From assembly GCA_046704885.1 (NCBI GenBank), contig JBJKRB010000150.1, forward strand, positions 32,527-96,526: a stretch of DNA of 64,000 bases. Direction: 5' to 3'. The notes under the pieces are model-generated. The model searched no databases, had not been told where the DNA came from, and saw only the letters and a program-made list of their open reading frames with translations. Made by a program: the position numbers and the translations under genes. This document shows positions 1-9,076 of this stretch, piece after piece (position 1 is the stretch's first letter; each line of letters begins with the position of its first letter). Source of the stretch: Thermoanaerobaculia bacterium (GTDB lineage Bacteria > Acidobacteriota > Thermoanaerobaculia > Multivoradales > JBJKRB01).

Positions 1-2
1 GG

Positions 3-1505
3 TCAGCTCCACGGGCTTGTCTCGAGCTCCAGGGTCGCCCGGATCCCGGGCGGATTGGACTGCTCGATCGGGATCGAAAAACGGTAGCGGCCCGGCCCGA
101 GCTTGACTCTCTTCGCTTCGGGCTCCGTCTGATTCGGACACTTGGAGTCGAAGCCATAGAGGAGCCTCCAACCTCCGCCCCTGAGCGGCACTGCCTCCAG
201 GTTCACCTTGTCGCGAAAGATGTAGCCGCCCTCGTAGTGATTCTTGGCGAACCACACCCCGTCGACCACGTACTCGGGCACCTGCACGCCGAGATCGAGC
301 GCGAACCCCAAGCTCTTGCGGCTCTCATCCACCCGCGCCGCCTTGGCCAGAAAGCTCGAAGCAAGATGCAACCGTCCTCCCGCCCCATCGCCTGACCCGC
401 CGACCAGGTCGTCATACCTGGCGAAGATGGCGGACTCCTCCGAGACCAGGCGACGGTGGAGGTCCCAGCGGGCGCCGCGCACGCGAGCCACGACCTCGAC
501 GTGGTACGACGCGCGCACCTGCTTGCCCTCTTCCTTCTGAGCCTTCACCTCCGGTGGCAGCGTGATCTCCTCCACCGCCAGGAAGGCATCGACGCGAACG
601 TCGCCAAAGAGGAAGCGGCGCAGGTTCTGGTAACCCTCCTCCGAGTTGACGATTCCGTACTGACCGGAATGAGCGCGGTGGACGAAAGCGCGCGGGCTGC
701 CCTTGGTGTAAGCGTTGGCGATTTGCACGAGGCCGTCGCTCATCGGACCCACCGCGACCCTGGCGAGACCGTAGTCGCGATGATCCGTACCGACCAGACA
801 GAACACCCGCTCGGGCGCGAACTTGCCGCCGAGGGCATTGACCGGCTGCTTCTTACCCAGCTTCAGGTACTCGCGCATCCGTTCCACGTTGAAGTTCTCG
901 CTGTTGTTGACGCGCAGAAACTCGGGAACGTTGCCCACCCAGCGAAAGTCGATCCCGCCGTGCGGCGTCGCATAGGTGAAGACCTTGTCGACACGCGGGT
1001 CGTCGGGGGAGATGTTCTGCAGCAGGCAACGGGCGATCAAGCCGCCCATCGAGTGCGCAACCAGGTAGACGCGAAAGCCGCTGTCACCCTGCGAGCCGTT
1101 CTCGGACGACGGACCACTTGACCCCACGAAGCGCATTTCCATGTCGTCGAGGAGCTTCTTCAAGCCGCGCGCGTAGTCTTCGATCTCGGGCCGCTTGCCA
1201 CTGCCCAGGTCCTCGGAGACCGGCTCGTAGTACCGGTAGATCCAGACGCTCTTCACCGGCGGCCTCGTGCCCTCCGGAATCTCGGCTCCATGCCGGTAGA
1301 CGTCCTGATACCCACCGTCCTTCATCAGGCGTACGAGGGGCGACTCGAAGATGTGGCGGGTGATGTCCTGAGTGTAGAGCTGCCGAATCTTGGTCGAGCC
1401 GAGATTGAAGCCCATGTAGGGATCGGAAACGGTGTCCTCGACCGCGGCCTGGGTTCCGGCGTAACCGCGGATGTAGACGATGGGAAAGTAGGGTCGCTTG
1501 AACAT
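3..1505 (-). CDS. alpha/beta-fold hydrolase (esterase/lipase, PGAP1-like) with C-terminal extension
   Basis: Nucleophile elbow AHSMGG and TYATPHGG motif. Start moved to MFKRPYFP (ATG 1505), which follows an AAGGAG RBS. Confidence 0.7.
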   Translation of the reverse strand: MFKRPYFPIVYIRGYAGTQAAVEDTVSDPYMGFNLGSTKIRQLYTQDITRHIFESPLVRLMKDGGYQDVYRHGAEIPEGTRPPVKSVWIYRYYEPVSEDLGSGKRPEIEDYARGLKKLLDDMEMRFVGSSGPSSENGSQGDSGFRVYLVAHSMGGLIARCLLQNISPDDPRVDKVFTYATPHGGIDFRWVGNVPEFLRVNNSENFNVERMREYLKLGKKQPVNALGGKFAPERVFCLVGTDHRDYGLARVAVGPMSDGLVQIANAYTKGSPRAFVHRAHSGQYGIVNSEEGYQNLRRFLFGDVRVDAFLAVEEITLPPEVKAQKEEGKQVRASYHVEVVARVRGARWDLHRRLVSEESAIFARYDDLVGGSGDGAGGRLHLASSFLAKAARVDESRKSLGFALDLGVQVPEYVVDGVWFAKNHYEGGYIFRDKVNLEAVPLRGGGWRLLYGFDSKCPNQTEPEAKRVKLGPGRYRFSIPIEQSNPPGIRATLELETSPWS

Positions 1506-1702
1506 CGGGTCTCCTTTCGACGCCTCGGCGACATTCGAACGAGCTGTTGGGGACCGAGGCGGGAAACCGCCAACAAGGGTGAGGCTCCATTCACTCTCGT
1601 TGCCGCGCAGTCCCGAGATCTGACAAGAAAGGGAGACACCTACAGCAAGCTCCAGGGGAGAGCCTGGAGCGCCGCGCCCGATCTCCATCGAGCGTAGAAG
1701 GC

Positions 1703-2680
1703 TCAGTCTTCGAAGGCCTGGGCGATCGAACGGTCGACGTCGAGCGCGGTCGCGACCGCGACGATTACCACCATTCCGGTCTTCTGTTGGACCTCGTCGC
1801 GAGCGCTCGGGTCCCCGGGATCGGTAACCACAATCGTGAGCACTCCCTGTTGAGCGCTCAGCGGAACGAATCTCAAACGTTCCATCATCTCCTTGGTCAC
1901 GATCGGGCGCAGACGAGAGTCCGGAACCTGCACCGAAAGATCGATGAACGGCACGTTGTACTGGATGGCGAGAGCGATGCCGATCATCTTATGCGTGGCG
2001 AAGCCGAGCTCGACGAGAATTTCGCCCAATCTTCTGCTTCGGAAGTGCTCCTGAAGGTCAAGAGCCTCCTCGAGCTCGACCCGGTTGATAAAACCTTGCT
2101 CAAGCAGGATCTCGCCGATCTTCCTGCTCTTCCACTTCTCCTGCAACGCCAGGCCCTTGGCGAGCTGCCCCGAGTCGATCTTGTTCTGTTGGATCAGGAT
2201 ATCGCCGAGCTTCTGGTCGCGAAGCCCACTCTGGTGCCGCAACGCCTCGGCCACCATTCGAGGAGTGACCATTCCTTCAGAGGTGAGAATCTCCCCCAGG
2301 CGCTGTACCGAAATCACCTCGCGAACCGCGTCGATCGGGAGAAAGACCCGTTCGACATTGGGGAGCTCGGTGGGAATGAGAAAGATTCCGTGCGGCGTGC
2401 CGACCGAGCTCTCCGTGATCCCCTGCAGAGTTTCGCCGTCGGTGAAGCGTACGGTCACGAGACGGGACGACGACTGCACCTTCACTTCATCCTCGGGGTG
2501 ACGCCGGCGCTCGATGAAGGCCAAAATCTTGACCTCGTTCAGTGGAATGGCCCTGACCTGCGCCGCCGTTCCCGCGCCTCCGGTCTGCACGTGGAAGACG
2601 GTCCGTGCGGGATTGAAGACCTCGAGCCGCCCGCTGAAGCGCTCACCGTCCCGCAAAGTGACCTCAACCTCCCGAGACAT
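1703..2680 (-). CDS. MshEN / GspE-PilB N-terminal repeat protein without ATPase domain; N-terminal DUF6982-like region
   Basis: Four [RK][LI]G[ED]IL...L..Q repeats (RLGEILTSEG, KLGDILIQQ, KIGEILLEQG, RLGEILVELG), then a T2SSE_N-like segment (YNVPFIDL...FVPL...DP). No Walker A motif. Confidence 0.75.
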   Translation of the reverse strand: MSREVEVTLRDGERFSGRLEVFNPARTVFHVQTGGAGTAAQVRAIPLNEVKILAFIERRRHPEDEVKVQSSSRLVTVRFTDGETLQGITESSVGTPHGIFLIPTELPNVERVFLPIDAVREVISVQRLGEILTSEGMVTPRMVAEALRHQSGLRDQKLGDILIQQNKIDSGQLAKGLALQEKWKSRKIGEILLEQGFINRVELEEALDLQEHFRSRRLGEILVELGFATHKMIGIALAIQYNVPFIDLSVQVPDSRLRPIVTKEMMERLRFVPLSAQQGVLTIVVTDPGDPSARDEVQQKTGMVVIVAVATALDVDRSIAQAFED

Positions 2681-2818
2681 CGCGTGGCCCTTCTTTGATC
2701 TGCCTTCGGTCAAGTCCTCTCCTCAGCGCGTCTTCCCGGCGAAGCAACGCCCCCCGTTCCGCTCGCGACGGCCACAAGCATTCTTGCATTCGTCCCAATG
2801 AAACTCAAAGTGTCGGGG

Positions 2819-3949
2819 TCACAATGAGCGAGTTCGACGCGCCGTAGCTGGATTCCCGGCGCGGGCCTCGGCCAACCGCCGCTTCGTCGTGCGCTCGATA
2901 GTGGGATCGGCGGCTTCCGCGGCGGCGTAGTGGCGGGCACTCTCGGCGTAGCGTCCGAGCTTGAAGTAGCAGAGCCCCAAGGCGTCCTGCGACCAAAGGC
3001 GGAAGAGCCGCTCGTCATGGGAGAGACCGGCGTCGAGATAGGTCTCCGCGTCGACCGCGGCCAGGGGCTCGAGAATGCTCGCGGCCTCGGAATAGCGCTC
3101 ATCCCGCACCAGGGCCTTAGCCCGCAGCCAGACCACCTCGGGCACGCCCGGGAAGAGCTCCCAGGCTTCGTCGAGAATCTGCACGTCTGACGCGCCCGAC
3201 ATCTCGAGAAACGTGAGAAGCGCGACGAAGGGGAGGCAGTCCACGTTCGTCGCGACCTGGCGCGAGCGAACGACGGCGATCCCTTTGCGCCAAGCGGCTT
3301 CGGCCTCGTCGCCCCGTCCGAGCCCCGCCAGCGTCATCCCCAGGTGGTACCAGCTGTAGACGTGATCGGGCTCGCTCGCGAGCCGCGCTTCGAGGAGAGG
3401 CAGGTTCCTCGGGTGCTTGTGGCTGATGTCTCCCTCGTAGCCCAGATGCTCGAGCTCGAGGTTGCTCTCGCCGATCCGCAGGTGATCGCTCGCCAGCACC
3501 TCGCGCAGGGCCGGAAGGTGGGACTCGTGGATCACGCCGCGGAAACGCAGCCGAGGATCGTTATGAAAGAGCCGATGCTCGCGAAAGCGGGTAAAGCCGG
3601 TGATCGGGCGGAAGAGGACGGTGGCCGCCGCGAGCCGCGGATCCCCGAGCAACGCTTCGAGCGCAGACCGATCGGCGCAGCGCGCCCGCTCATCGGCATC
3701 GATGTAGAGGATCCAGGCACCGGTGGCGAGGTCGAGGGCGCGGTTGCGCGCCGCGGCGAAGTCGCCTTGCCAAGGGAAGAGGTCGAGCTTGGCACCGTGC
3801 TCGCGCGCGATCTCGCGGCTCCGGTCGGAGGAGCCCGTGTCGACCACGACCACCTCGTCCGCGATGCCGCGAAGCGAGGCGAGACAACCGGCGAGGAATC
3901 GCTCTTCGTCCCGCACGATCATGGCGGCGGAGAGGAGCGGCTGAGGCAT
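2819..3949 (-). CDS. glycosyltransferase family 2 with C-terminal TPR repeats (SunS-like architecture)
   Basis: MIVRDEE, VVVDTGSSD, DFAAARN, IDADE, FRGVIHE and HLGY motifs; TPR helices (SWYHLGMTL, LGLCYFKLGRY). Confidence 0.9.
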   Translation of the reverse strand: MPQPLLSAAMIVRDEERFLAGCLASLRGIADEVVVVDTGSSDRSREIAREHGAKLDLFPWQGDFAAARNRALDLATGAWILYIDADERARCADRSALEALLGDPRLAAATVLFRPITGFTRFREHRLFHNDPRLRFRGVIHESHLPALREVLASDHLRIGESNLELEHLGYEGDISHKHPRNLPLLEARLASEPDHVYSWYHLGMTLAGLGRGDEAEAAWRKGIAVVRSRQVATNVDCLPFVALLTFLEMSGASDVQILDEAWELFPGVPEVVWLRAKALVRDERYSEAASILEPLAAVDAETYLDAGLSHDERLFRLWSQDALGLCYFKLGRYAESARHYAAAEAADPTIERTTKRRLAEARAGNPATARRTRSL

Positions 3950-3968
3950 GGAAGCTTTGGAGAAGAGG

Positions 3969-4352
3969 CTACGGAGAAGCGGACCGTCGCCGGCTCAAAT
4001 ACCAGGCGAAACCGGCGAGAAAGAGGATGAGCGCGATCGCTCCCACCGGCGAGAGAGTGGGGATCTCCGTCACCGGAATCAAGACCGTCGAGCTGACGGA
4101 GGCGTGGTTCCCCAAGTGGGAGACAACAAACGCATACTGGGGCAAAGGTTCCGCTCCGGGGTTCTTGAACACCAACTCCACGGCATTGTGCAGGACGGGT
4201 TCCGAGATCTCCACCGTGACCGTGTTTGTGATCGTCTTGGTGACGAACGCAGACGCTCCGCTCGAGATCGAGAGAACGACGAAGACGACGGCAAGAACCG
4301 TAAGGATCCGTACTCTGACGGCACGTCTAGGAGAGCTGGACATCACCCGCAT
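3969..4352 (-). CDS. small secreted protein with IPTL-CTERM sorting signal
   Basis: N-terminal basic + hydrophobic Sec signal ending ASA. C-terminal EIPTLSPVGAIALILFLAGFAWYLSRRR = IPTL motif, TM helix, basic tail. Confidence 0.8.
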   Translation of the reverse strand: MRVMSSSPRRAVRVRILTVLAVVFVVLSISSGASAFVTKTITNTVTVEISEPVLHNAVELVFKNPGAEPLPQYAFVVSHLGNHASVSSTVLIPVTEIPTLSPVGAIALILFLAGFAWYLSRRRSASP

Positions 4353-4354
4353 CT

Positions 4355-4852
4355 CTAGTCGACCGTGACCACGATCTGGACGACGCTGGTGGCGCCCACG
4401 ACCATCGAGATGAGTGAGCCACTCACCACACCGCCTTGGCTACCCACCGGCGGAGTACTGAGAGTAAAAGCCGGACCCGAAACGTTGCTCGCCGAAACGA
4501 ACTTCGTTCCAACGGGCAGAGCATCCTGAAAAACCACGCCTAAAGCCGGATCGGGGCCACAGTTGTAGATGGTGATCGTGTAGGTCAGGTCTTGCCCTGA
4601 GGCGACCGGCTCGGGGCTCGCCGTCTTGTTGATGACCACATTCGCGATATTCGAACCCACTCCGAGGTTCGAGGGACAGAGGTATTGGATGTTCGATCCC
4701 TGGGCGCGGGCCGGAGCGACGAACAGGTTGTCGAGAGAGAAAGAGGCGACGAGCGGTGCCGCGTACGCGGCGCCGAGTAGTAGGCGGCGAAAGAACTCTC
4801 GCCGCGACGAATCGATCTTCTCCAAGTGACGGTCAAGCTCTCGTGGGGACAC
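4355..4852 (-). CDS. Tat-signal protein with Ser-Asn repeat segment and DUF11 (Ig-like) domain; candidate modification substrate
   Basis: SRREFF twin-arginine motif and ARA cleavage site. DUF11 signature INKTASPEPVASGQDLTYTITIYNCGPDPA.GVVFQDALP.GT.FVS. AAGGAGG RBS before GTG. Confidence 0.8.
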   Translation of the reverse strand: MSPRELDRHLEKIDSSRREFFRRLLLGAAYAAPLVASFSLDNLFVAPARAQGSNIQYLCPSNLGVGSNIANVVINKTASPEPVASGQDLTYTITIYNCGPDPALGVVFQDALPVGTKFVSASNVSGPAFTLSTPPVGSQGGVVSGSLISMVVGATSVVQIVVTVD

Positions 4853-4908
4853 TCAGCCCTCCTTCTTTCGCTCAGTCTTGCCTTGAGCTGTCTTCGTGCA
4901 ACCGACCC

Positions 4909-4937
4909 ATTGTAGCCGCCCAGTCCCCCCCTCGCAA
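4909..4937 (-). promoter_or_regulatory. sigma70-type promoter for the Tat-DUF11 / IPTL-CTERM / GT2 operon
   Basis: Minus strand reads TTGCGA (4937-4932), 17-nt spacer, TACAAT (4914-4909); the -10 box lies about 57 nt upstream of the 4852 start. Confidence 0.55.
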
Positions 4938-4987
4938 GCAATCGCGGACAACCGCTTGCCGGCTGGACGGTAGACATCCCGCTATCA

Positions 4988-5764
4988 TTGTGGATGAAAG
5001 ACTCAGTTGCGATCATGACCTATCTCCGCCGCGGCACGCTCGACAGCTCCATCTGGCGGACCGTGCTTCATGAGTACGCCGCGCTCCCCCTCCGTTTCGA
5101 GCCCGGCGAGGTCGCCCTCGATATCGGATGCCACGTGGGTAGCTTCGCCCTCTTCGCCGCCGAGCGCGGCGCCAGGGTCCTCGCCTTCGAGGCCAACCGG
5201 GAGAACTATGCCCTCGCCTGCATCAACACTCGAGACTATGAGCAGGTGGAGATCCACCTTTCCGCAGTCTGGCGCTCCGACCGGCCTTCGGGGGAGCTCA
5301 TCTTCACCCCGCATCCGGATGGACAAAATACCGGGGGCGGCTCGGTTCTCTTTCGCCACCTCGACGACCATCGCGCCTACCTCGAGCTGGGCAATCTAGC
5401 CGCCTCATTGGGCGATCCTTCGCATCCGATCCTTCTCACTTCCCACCCGGTGCCGTCAGTCGGTCTCGACGCGATCCTCTCGGATATCGACAGAGAGGTC
5501 CGTTACCTCAAGATCGACGTCGAAGGGGCCGAATTCCCCGTTCTCGCGACGGCCACGATGCTGCGGAGGATCGAGACGATCGGTGGGGAGTACCACGAGC
5601 TCAACGATGCCCAGATGCGACGCCTGCCGGAGGAGGCTAGGGTGGGTGAGCAGCTCTACGACCGCCGCTTCTTGCTTGCCCTCCTGGAAGCCGCGGGTTT
5701 CGACGTCGACCTCCATCCGACCGCCCCGAACCAGGGCCTCTTCGTGGCTCAACGTCGATCTTGA
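4988..5764 (+). CDS. FkbM family SAM-dependent methyltransferase
   Basis: LDIGCHVGSF (motif I), VLAFEAN, YLKIDVEGAEF, GEYH. Exact start uncertain. Confidence 0.9.
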   Translation: MWMKDSVAIMTYLRRGTLDSSIWRTVLHEYAALPLRFEPGEVALDIGCHVGSFALFAAERGARVLAFEANRENYALACINTRDYEQVEIHLSAVWRSDRPSGELIFTPHPDGQNTGGGSVLFRHLDDHRAYLELGNLAASLGDPSHPILLTSHPVPSVGLDAILSDIDREVRYLKIDVEGAEFPVLATATMLRRIETIGGEYHELNDAQMRRLPEEARVGEQLYDRRFLLALLEAAGFDVDLHPTAPNQGLFVAQRRS

Positions 5765-6940
5765 TCACTCCGAGCAGCGCTCGAGCTCGGCGCGCAGGAG
5801 CCGGCCGACCACCTCCGGCGCGTAGTCGGCGCGCAGGCGCTCGGCGAGCAGGGAGCTCTGCTCCCGCGCCTCGTCCCGATGCTCGAAAACCCAGCGCATC
5901 AAGGTCCGCGCGGCCTCCGCGTCGGCCCTGGCCCATGAGGCTTCATCGCTCAGCTCCATCCAGCCGTCGGGCCGCGAGCGGGACGTCGCTTCGAGCTCGT
6001 AGGGAACGAGGAGAGGATAGTCCTCTCTGAGGTAATCGAGCGGCCCGGACCAACCGGTCACGACCACTGGATTTTCGGCAAGCACCGCTTCGAAGCAGCC
6101 CAACCCCCACCCCTCACCATGCGATAGCGAGACGAAGCAGTCGCCACGCTGGTGCAGTGCGGCGATCTCCGCTCGCGACAGCTCTCTCGTCAACAGACAG
6201 ACCCTGGCCGCCTTCCGATAGTCGGCAAGGATGCGCGCCATGCTCCACCAGGTCTGTCCCTCTTCCGGGGCTGTAGCCCCTGGCGATCCGGCGGCGGCGT
6301 ACGCCGCGATCTGATCCGTGGTGCCAGTCTTGACCACGAGGACGACGGGGTCTTTCTCGCTGAAAGCCTCGAGGTAGGCTCGGATCGTCTCCTCGAGCGC
6401 CTTGCGTGTCGTCCACGAACCGATCGTGTAGAAGACATAGTCGCCGGGGTCAACCGAGGCCAGATCGAGCTCACCTCCTTCGACGGGGCGCGGGGCGCAG
6501 TGGGGGACGACGCCGATACGAGCGGTCACGCCGCTCGCGGCGAAGGCGCGCTGGTTGAAGGTCGACGGGACCAACACGCGCTCGAACCGATTGAGATTGC
6601 TCACCCAGACTTCCGGTAGCCGGTCCGCCTCCCAGGTCGTGTAGACGGCCGCCGCAACCGAAGGCTCCACAAGCCGCCAGGGAAGTTGCCAGGCAGGCGG
6701 AACGTGGACGAGGAGGCGATCGTAATCGAGGGGCCGGTTGCAGAGATCGTCATGCTCGCCGCCCGAACGGCTTCCCAGAAATGGGGCGATTCCGAAGCTC
6801 GGGCCCCAGGCCTCGCTTCCCTCGACCATCGGCGTCCAGGTAATGGGCACCCCGAGGCGGCGAAGGGCGGAGAGATAGGCGAGGCCGGCCTCTCCGTATC
6901 CCGTACAGGGCATCATCGTGACCATCTTCAAGCCGCGCAC
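5765..6940 (-). CDS. glycosyltransferase family 4 (GT-B)
   Basis: TGYG, YTTWEADRLP, VLVPSTFN, RKA and SHGEGWGLGCFEA (E-X7-E) motifs. Confidence 0.9.
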   Translation of the reverse strand: MRGLKMVTMMPCTGYGEAGLAYLSALRRLGVPITWTPMVEGSEAWGPSFGIAPFLGSRSGGEHDDLCNRPLDYDRLLVHVPPAWQLPWRLVEPSVAAAVYTTWEADRLPEVWVSNLNRFERVLVPSTFNQRAFAASGVTARIGVVPHCAPRPVEGGELDLASVDPGDYVFYTIGSWTTRKALEETIRAYLEAFSEKDPVVLVVKTGTTDQIAAYAAAGSPGATAPEEGQTWWSMARILADYRKAARVCLLTRELSRAEIAALHQRGDCFVSLSHGEGWGLGCFEAVLAENPVVVTGWSGPLDYLREDYPLLVPYELEATSRSRPDGWMELSDEASWARADAEAARTLMRWVFEHRDEAREQSSLLAERLRADYAPEVVGRLLRAELERCSE

Positions 6941-7013
6941 TCTCGTCGCCCCTCTCCGTTCGTGGTCAACTTACTTAATGTCCAGTGCCATCTGAGCTCT
7001 GGCCTATTATCTC

Positions 7014-8264
7014 TTGGTGACTTGTGATCGCCTCCCCGCGCTGTCCATGGTCTCGTACGCTGAGCCGACCGGCTACGGCCTCTCCACGCTGGCCTATCTC
7101 GACGCCCTGATCAGTGCCGGGGCCTCGGTGACCTGGGTGCCCTTACTTCCCGAAATAGATCGTTGCGAGCCGCTCGCAAGATCCCAGTTTGCAGCGGACT
7201 CGGATCTAGCCCAACGCCTGTTCGCCGATCCTGGGGGAAAAGCCTTCGGACGCGCCCTAACGGCATGCGGCACCGAGCTGGAACCGGATCTGACGTTCCT
7301 CCACATCCTTCCCGAGCTCTGGCCTTTATGGCGGCACCCACTGAAGCCTACGATCGGTTACACGGCTTGGGAGTATGACCGTCTGCAGCTCCGCTGGACG
7401 CCGCTCCTGAATGCGGTCGATCGGGTCCTCGTACCGAGCGAGCACTGCCGCCGCGCCTGCCTGGCTAGCGGCATCACCACGGCGGTGGAGGTACTGCCGC
7501 ATCTGCCCCTCTCCCGCAAGGTCGCGAGATCGCCAGACCGCGAAGAAGGCCGCAGGCGCTTTGGCATTCCGGAAGGGCACTTCGCCTTCTACTCGATCGA
7601 GGAGGGCAGACCACGAAAGGCGATCGAGGACACGGTCGAAGCCTACCTGGAGGCGTTCTCCGCGCATGATTCGGTCGTTCTCGTCCTCAAAACAACCAAG
7701 ACGATAGAGCTCGGGAGCGGCGGTCCAGGAGCTCACGCTTTGACCGAGGCTCGCATCCAGAGAATCCTGGCCCGCCACAGGTCCCCCGCTCGAATCGAGC
7801 TCATCGACCAGATCTTGCCGCGGCGGGAGATCGAGCTCCTGCATGCGGCGGGCGACTGCTACGTAACGCTTTCTCGAGGTGAGGGTTGGGGATTGAGCAT
7901 CTTCGAGGCGGCACGCCGGGAAAAGCCGGTGGTGGCCACCGGCTGGGGCGGGCAGCTCGACTACTTGACCCCGGAGACGGCGTTCCTCGTCGACTTCGCC
8001 CTCGAGCCAATTGCGCGAACGATCCCGCCCATGGTCTGGGCGGTCGCCGATCGAGCACAGGCGGCCCGGCTTCTCCAGCGTGTCATCGAGCATCCGCAAG
8101 AAGCCGCCGCGCGAGGGCGCCAGGCGAGCGAAGCGATCGCCCGTGACTTTGCCTACGACAGGATCGTGGAGCGCCTTCTCGCCATCTTGATCGAAACGGG
8201 TTCGGCCGGCCTCAAGCGCTCGCAGATCATCGGGAGTCACCCGAGATCGAGCGGCGGAAGATAA
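7014..8264 (+). CDS. glycosyltransferase family 4 (GT-B), paralog of 5765-6940
   Basis: TGYG, YTAWEYDRL, VLVPS, RKA and SRGEGWGLSIFEA motifs. Start may be the ATG at 7047. Confidence 0.9.
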   Translation: MVTCDRLPALSMVSYAEPTGYGLSTLAYLDALISAGASVTWVPLLPEIDRCEPLARSQFAADSDLAQRLFADPGGKAFGRALTACGTELEPDLTFLHILPELWPLWRHPLKPTIGYTAWEYDRLQLRWTPLLNAVDRVLVPSEHCRRACLASGITTAVEVLPHLPLSRKVARSPDREEGRRRFGIPEGHFAFYSIEEGRPRKAIEDTVEAYLEAFSAHDSVVLVLKTTKTIELGSGGPGAHALTEARIQRILARHRSPARIELIDQILPRREIELLHAAGDCYVTLSRGEGWGLSIFEAARREKPVVATGWGGQLDYLTPETAFLVDFALEPIARTIPPMVWAVADRAQAARLLQRVIEHPQEAAARGRQASEAIARDFAYDRIVERLLAILIETGSAGLKRSQIIGSHPRSSGGR

Positions 8265-9076
8265 GGACGAAGCAGCCTGTTCAAGGCGGTGTCGCGCGCG
8301 CGGATCGACTCGATCGTGAAGTCGGCACCGCTCACGCGGCTGAAGTCGCGCCGCCACTCGCTCCACCACAGGTGACTCCAGAGATGCAGCGTGAAGCTCT
8401 CCGAGAGATCGAGCTCTTCCGGCGAGAAGAGGCGTTCCAGACCCTCGGCGCTACAGAGCACCGGAAAGAACGAGCGTTCGGGCTCGATCCGAACCTCGTC
8501 CGGGAGCTCGCCACTGAGACTCTCGGCGAGGAACCCAGAGTGGTTGCTCCAGGTACCGTCGAGCTCGCTTCCCATTCGTTGCCTCCAGACGGAAGCGAAG
8601 GCGGAGCCCGGGGCCGCGAGCATCAGCGCGTTGCACAGCGAGGGACGAAGCTCGCCGCTTCGCTCGTCGCGCACCGGGCCCTCGCGGCCGATGACGAACG
8701 GAGCGGCAAGTATCGCCTTGGGAAACGGCCGCAGGAACACCGTGTCGATGTCGGCGTAGACGCCACCGTGCTCGATCAGCGCGTCGAGGCGCACGAAGTC
8801 GGCGTGGTGGGCATAACGGTAGACTTCCGGCACGAGTCCGTCCCCGTAGTCGGCGGCCAGCACCTCGGCCGAGAGCCTGACCGGAATGAGCGTTAGATGA
8901 GGCCGAGCGAGCTCCCAGAAGATGCCGTAGGGGAGATGGAGATAGTGGAAGTAGATCGTCTCGGGCCGTAGGACCCGGCGGCACGACTCGATCGCTATGT
9001 AGTGCAGGAGATGAAACGGCTCGGTTTGAGCCTTGAGGCCGAAGACGAAATGGACGATCGGCGGAATTCGCCGCAT
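8237..9076 (-). CDS. glycosyltransferase family 32 (DXD sugar-binding, OCH1-like)
   Basis: IPPIVHFVF, ADFVRLDALIEHGGVYADID, CNALMLA and LHLWS motifs. Confidence 0.9.
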   Translation of the reverse strand: MRRIPPIVHFVFGLKAQTEPFHLLHYIAIESCRRVLRPETIYFHYLHLPYGIFWELARPHLTLIPVRLSAEVLAADYGDGLVPEVYRYAHHADFVRLDALIEHGGVYADIDTVFLRPFPKAILAAPFVIGREGPVRDERSGELRPSLCNALMLAAPGSAFASVWRQRMGSELDGTWSNHSGFLAESLSGELPDEVRIEPERSFFPVLCSAEGLERLFSPEELDLSESFTLHLWSHLWWSEWRRDFSRVSGADFTIESIRARDTALNRLLRPYLPPLDLG

